Origin: a virus
Lineage: Duplodnaviria > Caudoviricetes
Direction: 5' to 3' (one strand)
Length of the DNA: 64,000 nucleotides
IMG/VR virus record: IMGVR_UViG_3300026094_000002
The stretch's first letter is position 1; each line of letters begins with the position of its first letter. Of this stretch, positions 28,132-38,083 are shown one piece after another. The translations under genes were made by a program, and so were the position numbers. Below the pieces are notes generated by a model. That model was not told the origin of the DNA. It saw nothing but the letters and a program-made list of their open reading frames with translations, and did not search any database.

Positions 28132-28301
28132 TCTTGATCTTTTTCAATTTCAATTAAAACGCCTTGTTCAGTTAATTCACGAATAACAGCCTCAAGACTT
28201 TGGATATCTTCGCTACCAAGTAGTTCAGAGTTTTCAGGATCAGTATCCTTGATTAACTTGCTTATTTTAATTGTTAATTTCTGTTCTTGTATTTTAGCCA
28301 T
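28128..28301 (-). CDS. small hypothetical protein (57 aa, absent from the ORF track)
   Basis: MAKIQEQKLTIKISKL..GVLIEIEKDQE; TAAATA 5 nt upstream; ATGA overlap with the next gene. Confidence 0.65.
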   Translation of the reverse strand: MAKIQEQKLTIKISKLIKDTDPENSELLGSEDIQSLEAVIRELTEQGVLIEIEKDQE

Positions 28302-28305
28302 AGTA

Positions 28306-29073
28306 TTATTTATCTACTATTATATCTACTGTCTTACGAATTGTGCCGGGGCGAATTAAATTCATCATACTAATTATTGATTTATTGTTGTGGTCTAAAA
28401 ACATTTGATCCTCAATAATTGACGGTCTGGGATAGAATATTCTACTAAAAATCATAACCTGTTGTTGCTGAGTGTTATCTGACAACTTTTTATTATTAAT
28501 CCATTTTTTTAATAATGGACTAGGCTTAAAATCTTCAGGCGGTTGTGTCTCTAAAAATGCTCTTATGTTACTTTCTAAAGTGTAATCAAAAGATTTTGTT
28601 TGCGACAAATAGCTTCTAAATTTAAAATCAGAATTTTTTAATACAATAGAATTAACAGGATGGTCAATGATTCTTTCAGTTAAATTTGAAAGGTGTAGAT
28701 TGTTAATCTTTTTTAACTTATCAACTATTGAAATATCATTAAAATATAATCTTGCTATGAGCCAACCAGCGTGTACAAGGCGTGTATCTGGTTCTTCTGT
28801 AATAAAATCTAATATCTCGTGCAGTGTTTTTGTTTCAGTTACTGCAAAACTATCAAAAATAGTACTAATACCTCCTATAGGACGAATCCCTCCTGTGTAG
28901 GTACTTGTTTCCTCTGCATTTTTAATACATTTATTATTTTTTTCAATAATCCGGTCTATGGTTTCATGACTCCGGTGACGAAGCAATCCAATACCGGCAG
29001 TGCTTAGAGTGACACTGAACCGGTATTGGTTAAAGAAAAGACGATTAGTTGATTTCTGTTGTATCTTCATCAT
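28306..29073 (-). CDS. hypothetical protein
   Basis: 255 aa ORF overlapping the clpA end. Confidence 0.55.
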   Translation of the reverse strand: MMKIQQKSTNRLFFNQYRFSVTLSTAGIGLLRHRSHETIDRIIEKNNKCIKNAEETSTYTGGIRPIGGISTIFDSFAVTETKTLHEILDFITEEPDTRLVHAGWLIARLYFNDISIVDKLKKINNLHLSNLTERIIDHPVNSIVLKNSDFKFRSYLSQTKSFDYTLESNIRAFLETQPPEDFKPSPLLKKWINNKKLSDNTQQQQVMIFSRIFYPRPSIIEDQMFLDHNNKSIISMMNLIRPGTIRKTVDIIVDK

Positions 29074-31330
29074 CTAACACAACATGACCAGACTCACTAA
29101 TTCTAGGATTGGCAATATTTTCAATGTCAAATTTTACTTCATCATCAACAAGGTCAGCACGAACAATGCAATCAGAAAGATTATCAAATAATATACGGCG
29201 ACCTAGCGGAACTGAAATCATTTCGTCAATTTTTCTAGACAATGGTCGTGCACCCATCTTAGGATCATAGCCATCTTCAGCAAGGCGATCTATTACCGCT
29301 TCTGATAAATTAAACTTAATATTTTTATCTTCAAGTGATGCTTTTAATTCATCAATAAATTTGACAACAATCTTCTTGATTGAAAGTGTATCAAGTTTGG
29401 CAAACTTACAGGTAGCATCAATGCGGTTTCTCAACTCTGGCTTAAAGAATTCTCGCATTGCCTTGTCTTCTTCGCCACTACGCTCTAGACTCTTGCCAAA
29501 GCCAATGTTGTTCTTCTCGTTTTCTGTTGAGCCAAGATTGGATGTCATAATAACAATGCAATTTCTAACATCAACTTGCTTTCCATTTGACCCAGTTATT
29601 TTCCCTTCATCAAGCATCTGTAAGAAAATGTTGGTAACATCAGGGTGTGCTTTTTCAACCTCATCAAAAAGTAATACCGAATAAGGATTTTTGCTTACAT
29701 CAGAAATTAAACGACCACCGCCTAGATTACTATCTTCAAATCCAACATATCCCGGAGGTGCACCAATCAAGCCAGAAACAGTATGTTTTTCTTGGTACTC
29801 ACTCATATCATATTTCATAAGTGGCATATCAAGATTTTCTGACAACAATCGTGCCAACTCTGTCTTGCCGGTTCCCGTTGGACCTAAGAAAACAAAACTT
29901 GCAATTGGACGTGTCGGAGAACCCAATCCAGCAAAATTCACATAAATTCTTTCTAGAACGGTATCAACTGCTTCATCTTGCCCGTATAGTTTTGTTTTAA
30001 TTGTACTTTCAAGGTTTCTAATCTTCTCATTGTGTTTTTCTTGAAGATGATCAACCGGAATTCCTGCCGCCTTGGATAATTGATTTTCAATATCTTGTTG
30101 AGATACTTTATACGCTTTGTTGTCTTTAGCACGTTCTCTTGCACACGCACCATCAATTAAATCAATGCTCTTGTCAGGATTCTTACGATCATGAATATAT
30201 CTTGCACTTAGACGAACTGCAGACTCAATTGCATCAGTTTCTATTTCAACATCATGGAAATATTCTAATCTTGGGCTTAATCCTACTAGTATCTTTTTAG
30301 TAGTCTCGTCACTTGGTTCATCTATTGATACGCGGTGGAACCGACGCATAAGTGCTCTGTCCTTTTCAAAACTCTCATAAAATTCCTCCCACGTTGTAGA
30401 AGCAATAACCTTAAAAGATCCGCGTGTAATAGCTGGCTTAAGCATATTTGCAAAGTCTAGACTACTAGAACTTCCTGCACCTGCTCCTTTCATTGTGTGT
30501 GCCTCGTCAATAAAAAGAATTGCAGTTTTTCTTGCTTCAAGAGCAGAAATAATATTCTTTAACTTTTCTTCAAATTCTCCACGATGCTTACAACCAGCAA
30601 GTAAGCTTCCTATCTCAAGACTCCACACAGTATGGTCTTTAAGGAATCTAGGCACTTCTTCGTCAATTATACGCTGTGCTAGTCCATCAACAATTGCGGT
30701 CTTTCCAACACCAGCATCACCTACCATTAGAACATTACTTTTAAACTTACGAGCCAGAACTTCAACCATTTCTTCAAGTTCTTCACTTCTGCCGATCATT
30801 GGTTCAATTTGGTCATTAGCAGCCATCTCAGTTAAGTTGGTGCAATGTTCAGCAAGGATTTCTTCTGCTTGTTCTTCATTAAGTTTGAAGTCTGCTTTAC
30901 GATAATGTGTCTGCCAAAACTCAACAAATTCTTCTTTGGCAATTCCATATTTTAGTAGAAAGTATTGTGCATGACTGTTTGTTTCAGACATTATTGCTAG
31001 ATAAAGATCACCAGTTGTGACCTTGCGACGCCCAGTAAAAAGAACTTGCGTCAGTGCCCGGTTAAAAACTCTTTCTAACGCATGGGTTTTGACAGGCTCA
31101 ACCGTTTTTTGACTTGTTATTGTTATCCCAATTTGACTATCAACATATGCCTCAACCTCAGCATCCATTGCTGCAGAATCCACGCCAAATTTGTCAATGA
31201 CATTTCTAAATGGTGTGTGTCTCATTAATGCCAGAAGCAAATGTTCAAGCAGCACATACTCATGACTTTTCTCTTTTGCGATTCGGGTAGCCTGTTCAAT
31301 TATCTGTTCTATTTCTTGGTTATTTTGCAT
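29045..31330 (-). CDS. clpA: ClpA-type Hsp100 AAA+ unfoldase
   Basis: Clp N domain; GDAGVGKT/LFIDEAH; GPTGTGKT/LLFDEVEK; IGF ClpP-docking loop; 761 aa, too short for a ClpB M domain. Confidence 0.9.
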   Translation of the reverse strand: MQNNQEIEQIIEQATRIAKEKSHEYVLLEHLLLALMRHTPFRNVIDKFGVDSAAMDAEVEAYVDSQIGITITSQKTVEPVKTHALERVFNRALTQVLFTGRRKVTTGDLYLAIMSETNSHAQYFLLKYGIAKEEFVEFWQTHYRKADFKLNEEQAEEILAEHCTNLTEMAANDQIEPMIGRSEELEEMVEVLARKFKSNVLMVGDAGVGKTAIVDGLAQRIIDEEVPRFLKDHTVWSLEIGSLLAGCKHRGEFEEKLKNIISALEARKTAILFIDEAHTMKGAGAGSSSSLDFANMLKPAITRGSFKVIASTTWEEFYESFEKDRALMRRFHRVSIDEPSDETTKKILVGLSPRLEYFHDVEIETDAIESAVRLSARYIHDRKNPDKSIDLIDGACARERAKDNKAYKVSQQDIENQLSKAAGIPVDHLQEKHNEKIRNLESTIKTKLYGQDEAVDTVLERIYVNFAGLGSPTRPIASFVFLGPTGTGKTELARLLSENLDMPLMKYDMSEYQEKHTVSGLIGAPPGYVGFEDSNLGGGRLISDVSKNPYSVLLFDEVEKAHPDVTNIFLQMLDEGKITGSNGKQVDVRNCIVIMTSNLGSTENEKNNIGFGKSLERSGEEDKAMREFFKPELRNRIDATCKFAKLDTLSIKKIVVKFIDELKASLEDKNIKFNLSEAVIDRLAEDGYDPKMGARPLSRKIDEMISVPLGRRILFDNLSDCIVRADLVDDEVKFDIENIANPRISESGHVVLDDEDTTEIN

Positions 31331-31403
31331 AATATCTCTACTTTGTTGTTTAAAATTGTATGATGTCGGCTGACATTTCGCGATTCTGGATAACTAAAAA
31401 TAT

Positions 31404-32201
31404 TTAGTTTTCTTTGCCTCGGTAATCTTCAATTGTTTGTTTTAAAGAATCAGGAATGTTTTTTGGAATATAAGCATTTATCCGAACAAACATATCACCT
31501 GTTTTTTCATTACGGTCTTTTAATCCGTGTTTATTAATTCTCATCATTGTGTTTGGTTGTGTCTCAGCAGGTATTGTGAGTTTTATCTGTGAATTAAGTA
31601 TGGTTTCAACCGTAATTGATGTGCCTAATATTAAATCCCAAACATTAACTGATTTTTCGGTTAATAAATCGAGTCCGTGCCTCTCCCATTTTTTGTCTGG
31701 CATGATTTTAAAATTAACAATTAAATCTCTTTCGCCTTTGATTAATTTTGGGTATCTTACTGATGAACCATCATCTATTGCTGGGGGGATGTCAATTTCA
31801 ACGTGCTCGTTATGTCTGCCATTATTTACAGAAAGTATTTTTCTATCAGCCCGTGCAACATCTTCTAAAGTTATCCAGAGTGACATTGTTACAGCGGATT
31901 GTCTTCTTGCGTTCCCACGTCTATGAACATGAACACCAAACATATCAAAAATGTCTTGTGGATCTATGTCGCTAAAATCACCAAAGTCACCATAATGAAC
32001 GCCAGATTTTCTGGGATTATCATATTGCCGTCTTTTGTCTGGATCACCCAATATTGAATAGGCTTCTTGTATTTCTTGAAACTTTGCGGTATCACCACCG
32101 CGATCTGGGTGATATTTTCTGGCTAATTTTCTATAAGATGATTTAATTTCATCATCTGATGCTGAGCGACTTACACCGAGAACAGAATAATAATCTTTCA
32201 C
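31404..32201 (-). CDS. dnaJ: DnaJ-family co-chaperone lacking the zinc finger (CbpA-like)
   Basis: [15 protein letters not shown] domain; DnaJ C-terminal domain. Confidence 0.9.
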   Translation of the reverse strand: MKDYYSVLGVSRSASDDEIKSSYRKLARKYHPDRGGDTAKFQEIQEAYSILGDPDKRRQYDNPRKSGVHYGDFGDFSDIDPQDIFDMFGVHVHRRGNARRQSAVTMSLWITLEDVARADRKILSVNNGRHNEHVEIDIPPAIDDGSSVRYPKLIKGERDLIVNFKIMPDKKWERHGLDLLTEKSVNVWDLILGTSITVETILNSQIKLTIPAETQPNTMMRINKHGLKDRNEKTGDMFVRINAYIPKNIPDSLKQTIEDYRGKEN

Positions 32202-32240
32202 AAATGTAATTATATCAAACTAATCGGGGATAGTAAAGAA

Positions 32241-32663
32241 TTAATTATTATTATCTTGAGTTTTTACAGCACCGTCTAATGCTTCCTGAGATTTTTCGTA
32301 ATAACTTTCGTAGGCTGCAATTATTGTTTTTTGCTGTTGAATGTACGCTCTGATATCTGAGATATTCAAACCAAGGTTTTCATATCCTTTGTCTGTTAGC
32401 GAAAAAAACACCACTGGTCTTCCAGTTTCTTCAACTTCTGTAAATATTTCTTCTGCGTTTTCTGGAGTTATCAATTGCCATTCCACATCTCGAAGATTAA
32501 TTTCATCTGCTTCAGGCAATTCAAGACCCGGTTTCTCTACTGGTTCCGTTGAAACATTAACTGAATCAGGTTTAGAGTCTAATAACGAGCATCCACTAAT
32601 CAGAATTGCGAGACTCAAACAACCAAGGACACTCAGAATTTGCTTTTTCTGCTGTGTCTGCAT
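32241..32663 (-). CDS. putative o-spanin lipoprotein
   Basis: Lipobox ISGC; overlaps the upstream coiled-coil gene; next to the endolysin. Confidence 0.65.
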   Translation of the reverse strand: MQTQQKKQILSVLGCLSLAILISGCSLLDSKPDSVNVSTEPVEKPGLELPEADEINLRDVEWQLITPENAEEIFTEVEETGRPVVFFSLTDKGYENLGLNISDIRAYIQQQKTIIAAYESYYEKSQEALDGAVKTQDNNN

Positions 32664-33057
32664 TGCGTTCCTCCTCTGTTAGTTCTGCACCCGATAGTAT
32701 TTCAAAACAGCGATTTGTATCATTAGTTGCACTATTAACGATATTACTTACTAATCCCGGTTTAGCGTTTCCTAATACACCTAAATCATGACGGCGAAGT
32801 TTCTCAGCAAGAACATTATTTTGTTTGCGAATATTTGCAAAATCTTCATTTACTTTGCGTAATTCTTCTCTGGACTGTTCATAATTTTCTTGCAGCGTAT
32901 CGATAGTCTGTTCATTCATATCAACTGCATTTTCTAACTTCGCGTTATTTTCGGAAAGAATCTGTATTCTTTCTTGCGAATCTTGATAATACCAATAAAA
33001 TCCAGCGGACATAGCGAGCATAACAGCCCCCAAAACCGCTGTGATCTTTAATCCCAT
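32596..33057 (-). CDS. putative i-spanin
   Basis: N-terminal transmembrane segment, then long coiled coil with C-terminal Cys. Confidence 0.65.
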   Translation of the reverse strand: MGLKITAVLGAVMLAMSAGFYWYYQDSQERIQILSENNAKLENAVDMNEQTIDTLQENYEQSREELRKVNEDFANIRKQNNVLAEKLRRHDLGVLGNAKPGLVSNIVNSATNDTNRCFEILSGAELTEEERNADTAEKANSECPWLFESRNSD

Positions 33058-33058
33058 A

Positions 33059-33523
33059 TCAGTAATTTAATCCGTGTGAGTATTGTGTTTTACCATCAAC
33101 CTTGGATGCGGTTAGACATTCTTTTCGGTTTGAACCATCTGCCTTGTATGAAACATGAACCCAGCCTGAGTTTGTATCTCCCGGAGTATAAAACTCAAGA
33201 ATTAACTGATCAAAGTCAAGATTATCAGCAATCCACTCGCATACTTCCGCAGTGCTTGTTCCCATTACTTCTAAATCAACTGCTTCACCCTTAGAATGCT
33301 GTGATGTGGCAGAACCACCAATTGCTTCATTTAATTCAGGGGAACGATACCCAGAAGTGATGACAGTTGGACCAAAATGGTCTCTGATTGGCTGTGCAAC
33401 ATTCTCAAATAGTGCTTTTGCAGCCTCTAAATGTTCATCTCCCGGGGTGTTGTCGATACCTTTGCGTGATGCAGTTTGACTTTTTGTGTATTCACTTAGT
33501 GAAAAGTTTTCTGATAATTTCAT
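33059..33523 (-). CDS. peptidase M15A endolysin
   Basis: SGYRS, SQHSKGEAVD, WVHVS. Confidence 0.88.
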   Translation of the reverse strand: MKLSENFSLSEYTKSQTASRKGIDNTPGDEHLEAAKALFENVAQPIRDHFGPTVITSGYRSPELNEAIGGSATSQHSKGEAVDLEVMGTSTAEVCEWIADNLDFDQLILEFYTPGDTNSGWVHVSYKADGSNRKECLTASKVDGKTQYSHGLNY

Positions 33524-33535
33524 TCTTTAATCCTT

Positions 33536-34087
33536 TTATATTATACCGGCTTGTTCTTGTATATCGGTTGTGGTTTGATTTTTTTCGTAAACAGATACAG
33601 GTGGGATGCCAGCAGCCTCTCTGACGCTATTTAAGCCTGTTTCAGTTCTTTCTCTATATTTTTTTGGGCTCAGGGGGACCATTTGCTCAATAGCCTCAAC
33701 ACTAAAGGGCATTTCTTGATCACCATATACCACTGTCCAATCTTTGGGTTCAAATTCAGTGAGAGTCTGTAAATCATCAAGAAGTTCTTCAACCCTTTCA
33801 GGCAAGCTTGTTCTTCTTTGCATTTCAACATAAACAACATAGCGATTGTGTTTTATTTCGCCCGGGCTTTTGTCGGCGTCCATTACAAAATCATAACCCG
33901 ACTCAAACCAATTAATTAAATCTGCTGCGGCAGCTTGTGATTTTGTAAGAAAACTTAAGACGGAAATTTTATCATCATCACCCATTTTGCTGGCAAATTC
34001 ATCAATGTGAATTTCTGGTTTAAGCATTTTTTCAAGGTCTTTATAGCCCAGTCCTTCGTTAAACTTCATCTTGTTCCTCTGTATCAT
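33536..34087 (-). CDS. hypothetical phage protein
   Basis: ORF in late operon. Confidence 0.6.
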   Translation of the reverse strand: MIQRNKMKFNEGLGYKDLEKMLKPEIHIDEFASKMGDDDKISVLSFLTKSQAAAADLINWFESGYDFVMDADKSPGEIKHNRYVVYVEMQRRTSLPERVEELLDDLQTLTEFEPKDWTVVYGDQEMPFSVEAIEQMVPLSPKKYRERTETGLNSVREAAGIPPVSVYEKNQTTTDIQEQAGII

Positions 34088-34613
34088 TAACGCTGTCGTT
34101 GTATGCTTCTTGATCTAAATCTTCTTCGTAAGCAGAATCAAGTTCCTCCAAATCAATTGTTTGGTCGGCGAGTTCAATACTACCTGTTCTTATATCATTC
34201 ATAAGTTCTCTTGGCATAGAAATTTCAACTAACCAAATTGTTTCATTTACTAACTTAGGCTTACGTGTTCCGGGTCTATAATCACTGGGTTGTTCAACTT
34301 TGACTGGAATTTCTATTGTTGTTTTTTTGTAGCTGACTTCACAATCAAACGGAATTAATCTTTTTCCAGCACGTGGGTCTGGCATTTTTTTCTCAGGCCA
34401 CATAAAGATACAGGCGACACGGTATCTGCCTATTTCAGGACCCTTAACTAATTCGCCCAACTCCCAATTACGGAAAGCATATACATCTAAATCATCAAGG
34501 ACGCGTTCAAAATCAAGAAGTGTTAATAAGGCACCTTGACTCATATATAGGTTACGATTGTTTTCGGCAATCCGCCAATAGTCTGTAGGGCCAGCAAAAA
34601 TATCTGTACTCAT
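34059..34613 (-). CDS. hypothetical phage protein
   Basis: TAAATA 5 nt upstream; acidic tail. Confidence 0.65.
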   Translation of the reverse strand: MSTDIFAGPTDYWRIAENNRNLYMSQGALLTLLDFERVLDDLDVYAFRNWELGELVKGPEIGRYRVACIFMWPEKKMPDPRAGKRLIPFDCEVSYKKTTIEIPVKVEQPSDYRPGTRKPKLVNETIWLVEISMPRELMNDIRTGSIELADQTIDLEELDSAYEEDLDQEAYNDSVNDTEEQDEV

Positions 34614-34767
34614 AAAGGTATTTATCTATAGTTTTTAATATTAGATAAGAGTTTTCATCAGCGGGATATTTATCTATGGTCTTATAAAATTTATCAGACT
34701 ACTATTATCTGGAAACTATCCTCTAAATACAATTGACCCCGGTCATTCTTATATAGGAGGAAACAAC

Positions 34768-35502
34768 TTGGGTAAAGCAAAGCATTCCACACAACGCAAA
34801 ACCAATTATAATGATTCACCAAATACAATAGATTTTAATCACAATCGCCGAAATCGCCCCCGACATATAGAACTCGTCCCCAAATCTCTAGGTCAAGAAA
34901 AACTTATCCTTGATTTAACTAATTCAGCACAATCAATAACAGTCGCAGTTGGTCCTGCTGGGACAGGCAAGACTTATCTGGCTATGTTAGCAGCCCTTAA
35001 AAACTTTAAAGAAGGTCGCTGTGAAAAAATAGTATTAACACGACCAGCAGTTGGCGTTGAGGGAGAACAACACGGATTTTTGCCCGGAGACCTTACCTCA
35101 AAAATGGAACCATGGACAAGACCATTGCTTGATGTTATGAAAGAATATTATTCTGCTAAAGAAGTCTTGCAGATGATTGAAAATGAAACAATAGAGATTG
35201 CACCATTAGCATATATGAGAGGCCGAACATTCAAAAACTCTTGGATTGTTGCTGACGAAATGCAGAATGCCACACCTGAGCAATGCAAGATGCTATTAAC
35301 AAGAATTGGAGAACATTCAAGAATAGTAGTCACAGGAGATATTGAACAAGCTGATCGTTTTGGTGCAAAAAATGGATTGCTTGATCTTTGTTCAAGATTA
35401 GAAAGTCAAGAATGCAATGGGATAGGTGTAAATCGTCTTCAAGGAAGAGACATACAACGCCATCCCATTATAGATACTGTTCTTGATCTTTATTCAGAAT
35501 AG
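34768..35502 (+). CDS. phoH: PhoH-family ATPase
   Basis: GPAGTGKT, LAYMRGRT, DEMQN, TGDIEQAD, QRHP; AGGAGG SD; TAAATA at 34724. Confidence 0.93.
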   Translation: MGKAKHSTQRKTNYNDSPNTIDFNHNRRNRPRHIELVPKSLGQEKLILDLTNSAQSITVAVGPAGTGKTYLAMLAALKNFKEGRCEKIVLTRPAVGVEGEQHGFLPGDLTSKMEPWTRPLLDVMKEYYSAKEVLQMIENETIEIAPLAYMRGRTFKNSWIVADEMQNATPEQCKMLLTRIGEHSRIVVTGDIEQADRFGAKNGLLDLCSRLESQECNGIGVNRLQGRDIQRHPIIDTVLDLYSE

Positions 35503-35753
35503 TCAATAGAATATTGTTTTTCTAGATCATCTACTACATTCTGATAATGTTTGTAGTAATAATCTCGGACATGTTGCCAATCATGAGATCCTAATTTGCC
35601 ATCCATACGGCATTTTAGGATTTCTTTTTTAGCAAAGTCTAAAACAACATTTGCTGTCTCTTTGTGACGACTACGGTATTTTGATTCAACTTCTACAGTT
35701 TCATCTACTTGACCGTTTGGTCTTTTTATATATGTTACAATAAGATATCTCAT
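35490..35753 (-). CDS. hypothetical phage protein
   Basis: ATGA-coupled to the clamp loader gene. Confidence 0.6.
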   Translation of the reverse strand: MRYLIVTYIKRPNGQVDETVEVESKYRSRHKETANVVLDFAKKEILKCRMDGKLGSHDWQHVRDYYYKHYQNVVDDLEKQYSIDYSE

Positions 35754-36667
35754 AAACTTGTTAATTCACATAAGGTTGCAGATAGATTTATTTCAGGGTC
35801 AGCGACGAGTGTATGATTTACTAACCCATCTCTAATAATAAGAATTGCTTGGTCTTGTTTTTCTTGATTACTGCCCCACAGGTCTAAATTATCATACATC
35901 CATCTAAAAATTTCATCCATTTCATCTGCACGAACACTACTGCATAGTAAATTTCTGGCCTCTAAAATCTTTCCCTCTTTAAAAAGATCAACAACTGCTA
36001 AGCGATAATCTTGGCTGCTTCCTTCATCGCCAGATGGTTTTGATAATTTATTATCTGTGGTATTCATTTGACATGTGTTTAGACATTTGCGTAAATCTGG
36101 GTATGTGGCCTTCACATATGTGTCTAATGTTTCAAGGTTAAAATCTACTCCTTCTTCCACAAGAACAGTAGCCACCCTTGCAGTAAATTCTGTCATATCA
36201 ATACGATCAATATGAAATCCCTGACAACGACTATGCAATGCAGGAATAATCTTGTTAGGGTAGTTACATGTTAGTATAAATCGGGCTGATGCATGATATG
36301 TCTCCATAACACCACGCAGTGCCGCTTGTCCGTTTGGAGAAATATAGTCTGCTTCGTCCAATAAAATTACCTTGAAATCACCAAATGGCATTGTCTCAGC
36401 AAAAGAAGTAATTTTTTCCCTAATAGTATCAACAGAGTTTTCGCGGCTGGCATTAATTTCTAATATGTCAAACTCATCAACGCTTAACTCATTAACAAGA
36501 ACTCTAGCCAGCGTGGTCTTACCAACACCGGGAGAACCAGAAAACAATAGATGTGGTATTGAATTAGAATCTACCCACTCTTTAACTTGCTTTTTTTGGT
36601 CTTCATCCCGAAAGACATAGTCATCTACTGTTTTGGGGCGATAAGATTCTACCCAAAGACTCTGCAT
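35750..36667 (-). CDS. clamp loader AAA+ subunit (RFC/gp44-like)
   Basis: WVESYRP, GSPGVGKT, NASRE, LDEAD, SRC. Confidence 0.92.
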   Translation of the reverse strand: MQSLWVESYRPKTVDDYVFRDEDQKKQVKEWVDSNSIPHLLFSGSPGVGKTTLARVLVNELSVDEFDILEINASRENSVDTIREKITSFAETMPFGDFKVILLDEADYISPNGQAALRGVMETYHASARFILTCNYPNKIIPALHSRCQGFHIDRIDMTEFTARVATVLVEEGVDFNLETLDTYVKATYPDLRKCLNTCQMNTTDNKLSKPSGDEGSSQDYRLAVVDLFKEGKILEARNLLCSSVRADEMDEIFRWMYDNLDLWGSNQEKQDQAILIIRDGLVNHTLVADPEINLSATLCELTSL

Positions 36668-36699
36668 TTATTCAACTCCGATATTATTAGTGAATGTTA

Positions 36700-37077
36700 T
36701 TATACGCGGAATGTTTCATTATAAACAGGCTCTTCATCCGATACCATAAGAATATCTTTTGGGTCTACCCGACGAATAACCATTTCTTCGCCTGAACCAT
36801 CTATAATTTCTACGCCACGAGTCCAGCGTCCATGATCAACGAGAACCCATTGACCAGCCTCTACATCCTCTTGTTCTGGCCCAACAACTCTGACATATCC
36901 CCAACGAGCACGAATTCCTTCATCTGTGCCGTTATCATTTAGGAGAACAATGCCTCCAGCAGTTTGGCGTTCGTCAAACTGCATATCACTGATAATGACC
37001 CAATCCTTGATTGCATATACATTACCTACATTAACAGCAAAATAAGTTGTTTGTGTTGTTTGAATCTCTTGTGCCAT
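36700..37077 (-). CDS. groES: GroES/gp31-like co-chaperonin
   Basis: IKDWVII, TAGGIVL mobile loop, VVGP, GQWVL, DILMV. Confidence 0.75.
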   Translation of the reverse strand: MAQEIQTTQTTYFAVNVGNVYAIKDWVIISDMQFDERQTAGGIVLLNDNGTDEGIRARWGYVRVVGPEQEDVEAGQWVLVDHGRWTRGVEIIDGSGEEMVIRRVDPKDILMVSDEEPVYNETFRV

Positions 37078-37544
37078 TAAATCTTTTTAACTCCCGGCTT
37101 TTGTTGTGATGCTTTTCTTGGTGGAACAACCTCTTCCTGCTTTACTTCTCTGGCACGAGCAATTGCTGCAGCAAGTCCCTGTGGTTCATCAGTTGGTTCT
37201 TCCTGATTTTCATTATGTATTGTTTCATCAACAGTATCAGCAGTTTTTTCGGTGGTTTTGGTATTGTTAGAATTTTCGGGTTCTTGTTGTTGATACAATT
37301 CAGCGTACTTTTTGGCCTCTTCAATACTGTCTGCCACGGGCTGGTCTACGACATTAGTCTGCTTTTTGTACTGTCGCCCTACACGGCGATTTCTGCTATC
37401 TACTGTTTTGTTATTATTGTCCAATCGGTCACCTCTAGCGTTAACATTCATATTACCTACTGCACGAACTTCTTCGTTTTTCAGTCTTAGTGTATCCATA
37501 TCAATTGTGCGATTATTCGCAGAACGATAATTTTTATTTGCCAT
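37077..37544 (-). CDS. hypothetical phage protein
   Basis: TAAATA and SD upstream; AVGNMNVNARGD. Confidence 0.65.
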   Translation of the reverse strand: MANKNYRSANNRTIDMDTLRLKNEEVRAVGNMNVNARGDRLDNNNKTVDSRNRRVGRQYKKQTNVVDQPVADSIEEAKKYAELYQQQEPENSNNTKTTEKTADTVDETIHNENQEEPTDEPQGLAAAIARAREVKQEEVVPPRKASQQKPGVKKI

Positions 37545-37568
37545 ATTATTCTCCTAATATGTGTGTAT

Positions 37569-38081
37569 TTAACGCAGAAATTCTTCTGGCTTTAAATCAT
37601 AATACATACTGTCAATGCCATGAACGCCTAACTTATAAAGAACATAACTTGCAACACTTGATCCCCTCCCAATACCCCATATAATGTCATTTTCTTTCAT
37701 AACATCAACAAGATATTTCAAATAACACAAGAGGTCAAAAAGTCCTTTTTTTTGAAATAATAAAAGTTCATGTCCGCATCGTTGTAATTCTGCTTGTGAA
37801 TCACACAGTGACAGTACATGTTCTGCAATATCTAAATTGCGATACTCTTCCGGCATATGCCAGTTAGATTGACACGCTGCATCAAATTCTTCAACGCTTA
37901 CATCTGGTTCTTTATACGGAACAAGATTTATAGGTTCTTCTGTAACAGATGAAATGTTGTCATAATCAACTGATTCATCAACTATGAGACCACCAAATTC
38001 ACCAAGATTGTTGCCTTGCATTATTAAGTTGCAAAGGTCTTTATCATTAAAAATTAGGTGCCCATATTGGTCTTTATGCAT
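37569..38081 (-). CDS. DNA polymerase III alpha-like fragment (170 aa)
   Basis: GIGRGSSVASYVLYKLGVHGID..YDL..EEFL matches the DnaE GRGS region; ends before the catalytic PDID motif. Confidence 0.7.
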   Translation of the reverse strand: MHKDQYGHLIFNDKDLCNLIMQGNNLGEFGGLIVDESVDYDNISSVTEEPINLVPYKEPDVSVEEFDAACQSNWHMPEEYRNLDIAEHVLSLCDSQAELQRCGHELLLFQKKGLFDLLCYLKYLVDVMKENDIIWGIGRGSSVASYVLYKLGVHGIDSMYYDLKPEEFLR

Positions 38082-38083
38082 AT

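Noticed and set aside
29045-31330. ClpB disaggregase call
   Set aside because: Length and presence of the IGF loop fit ClpA
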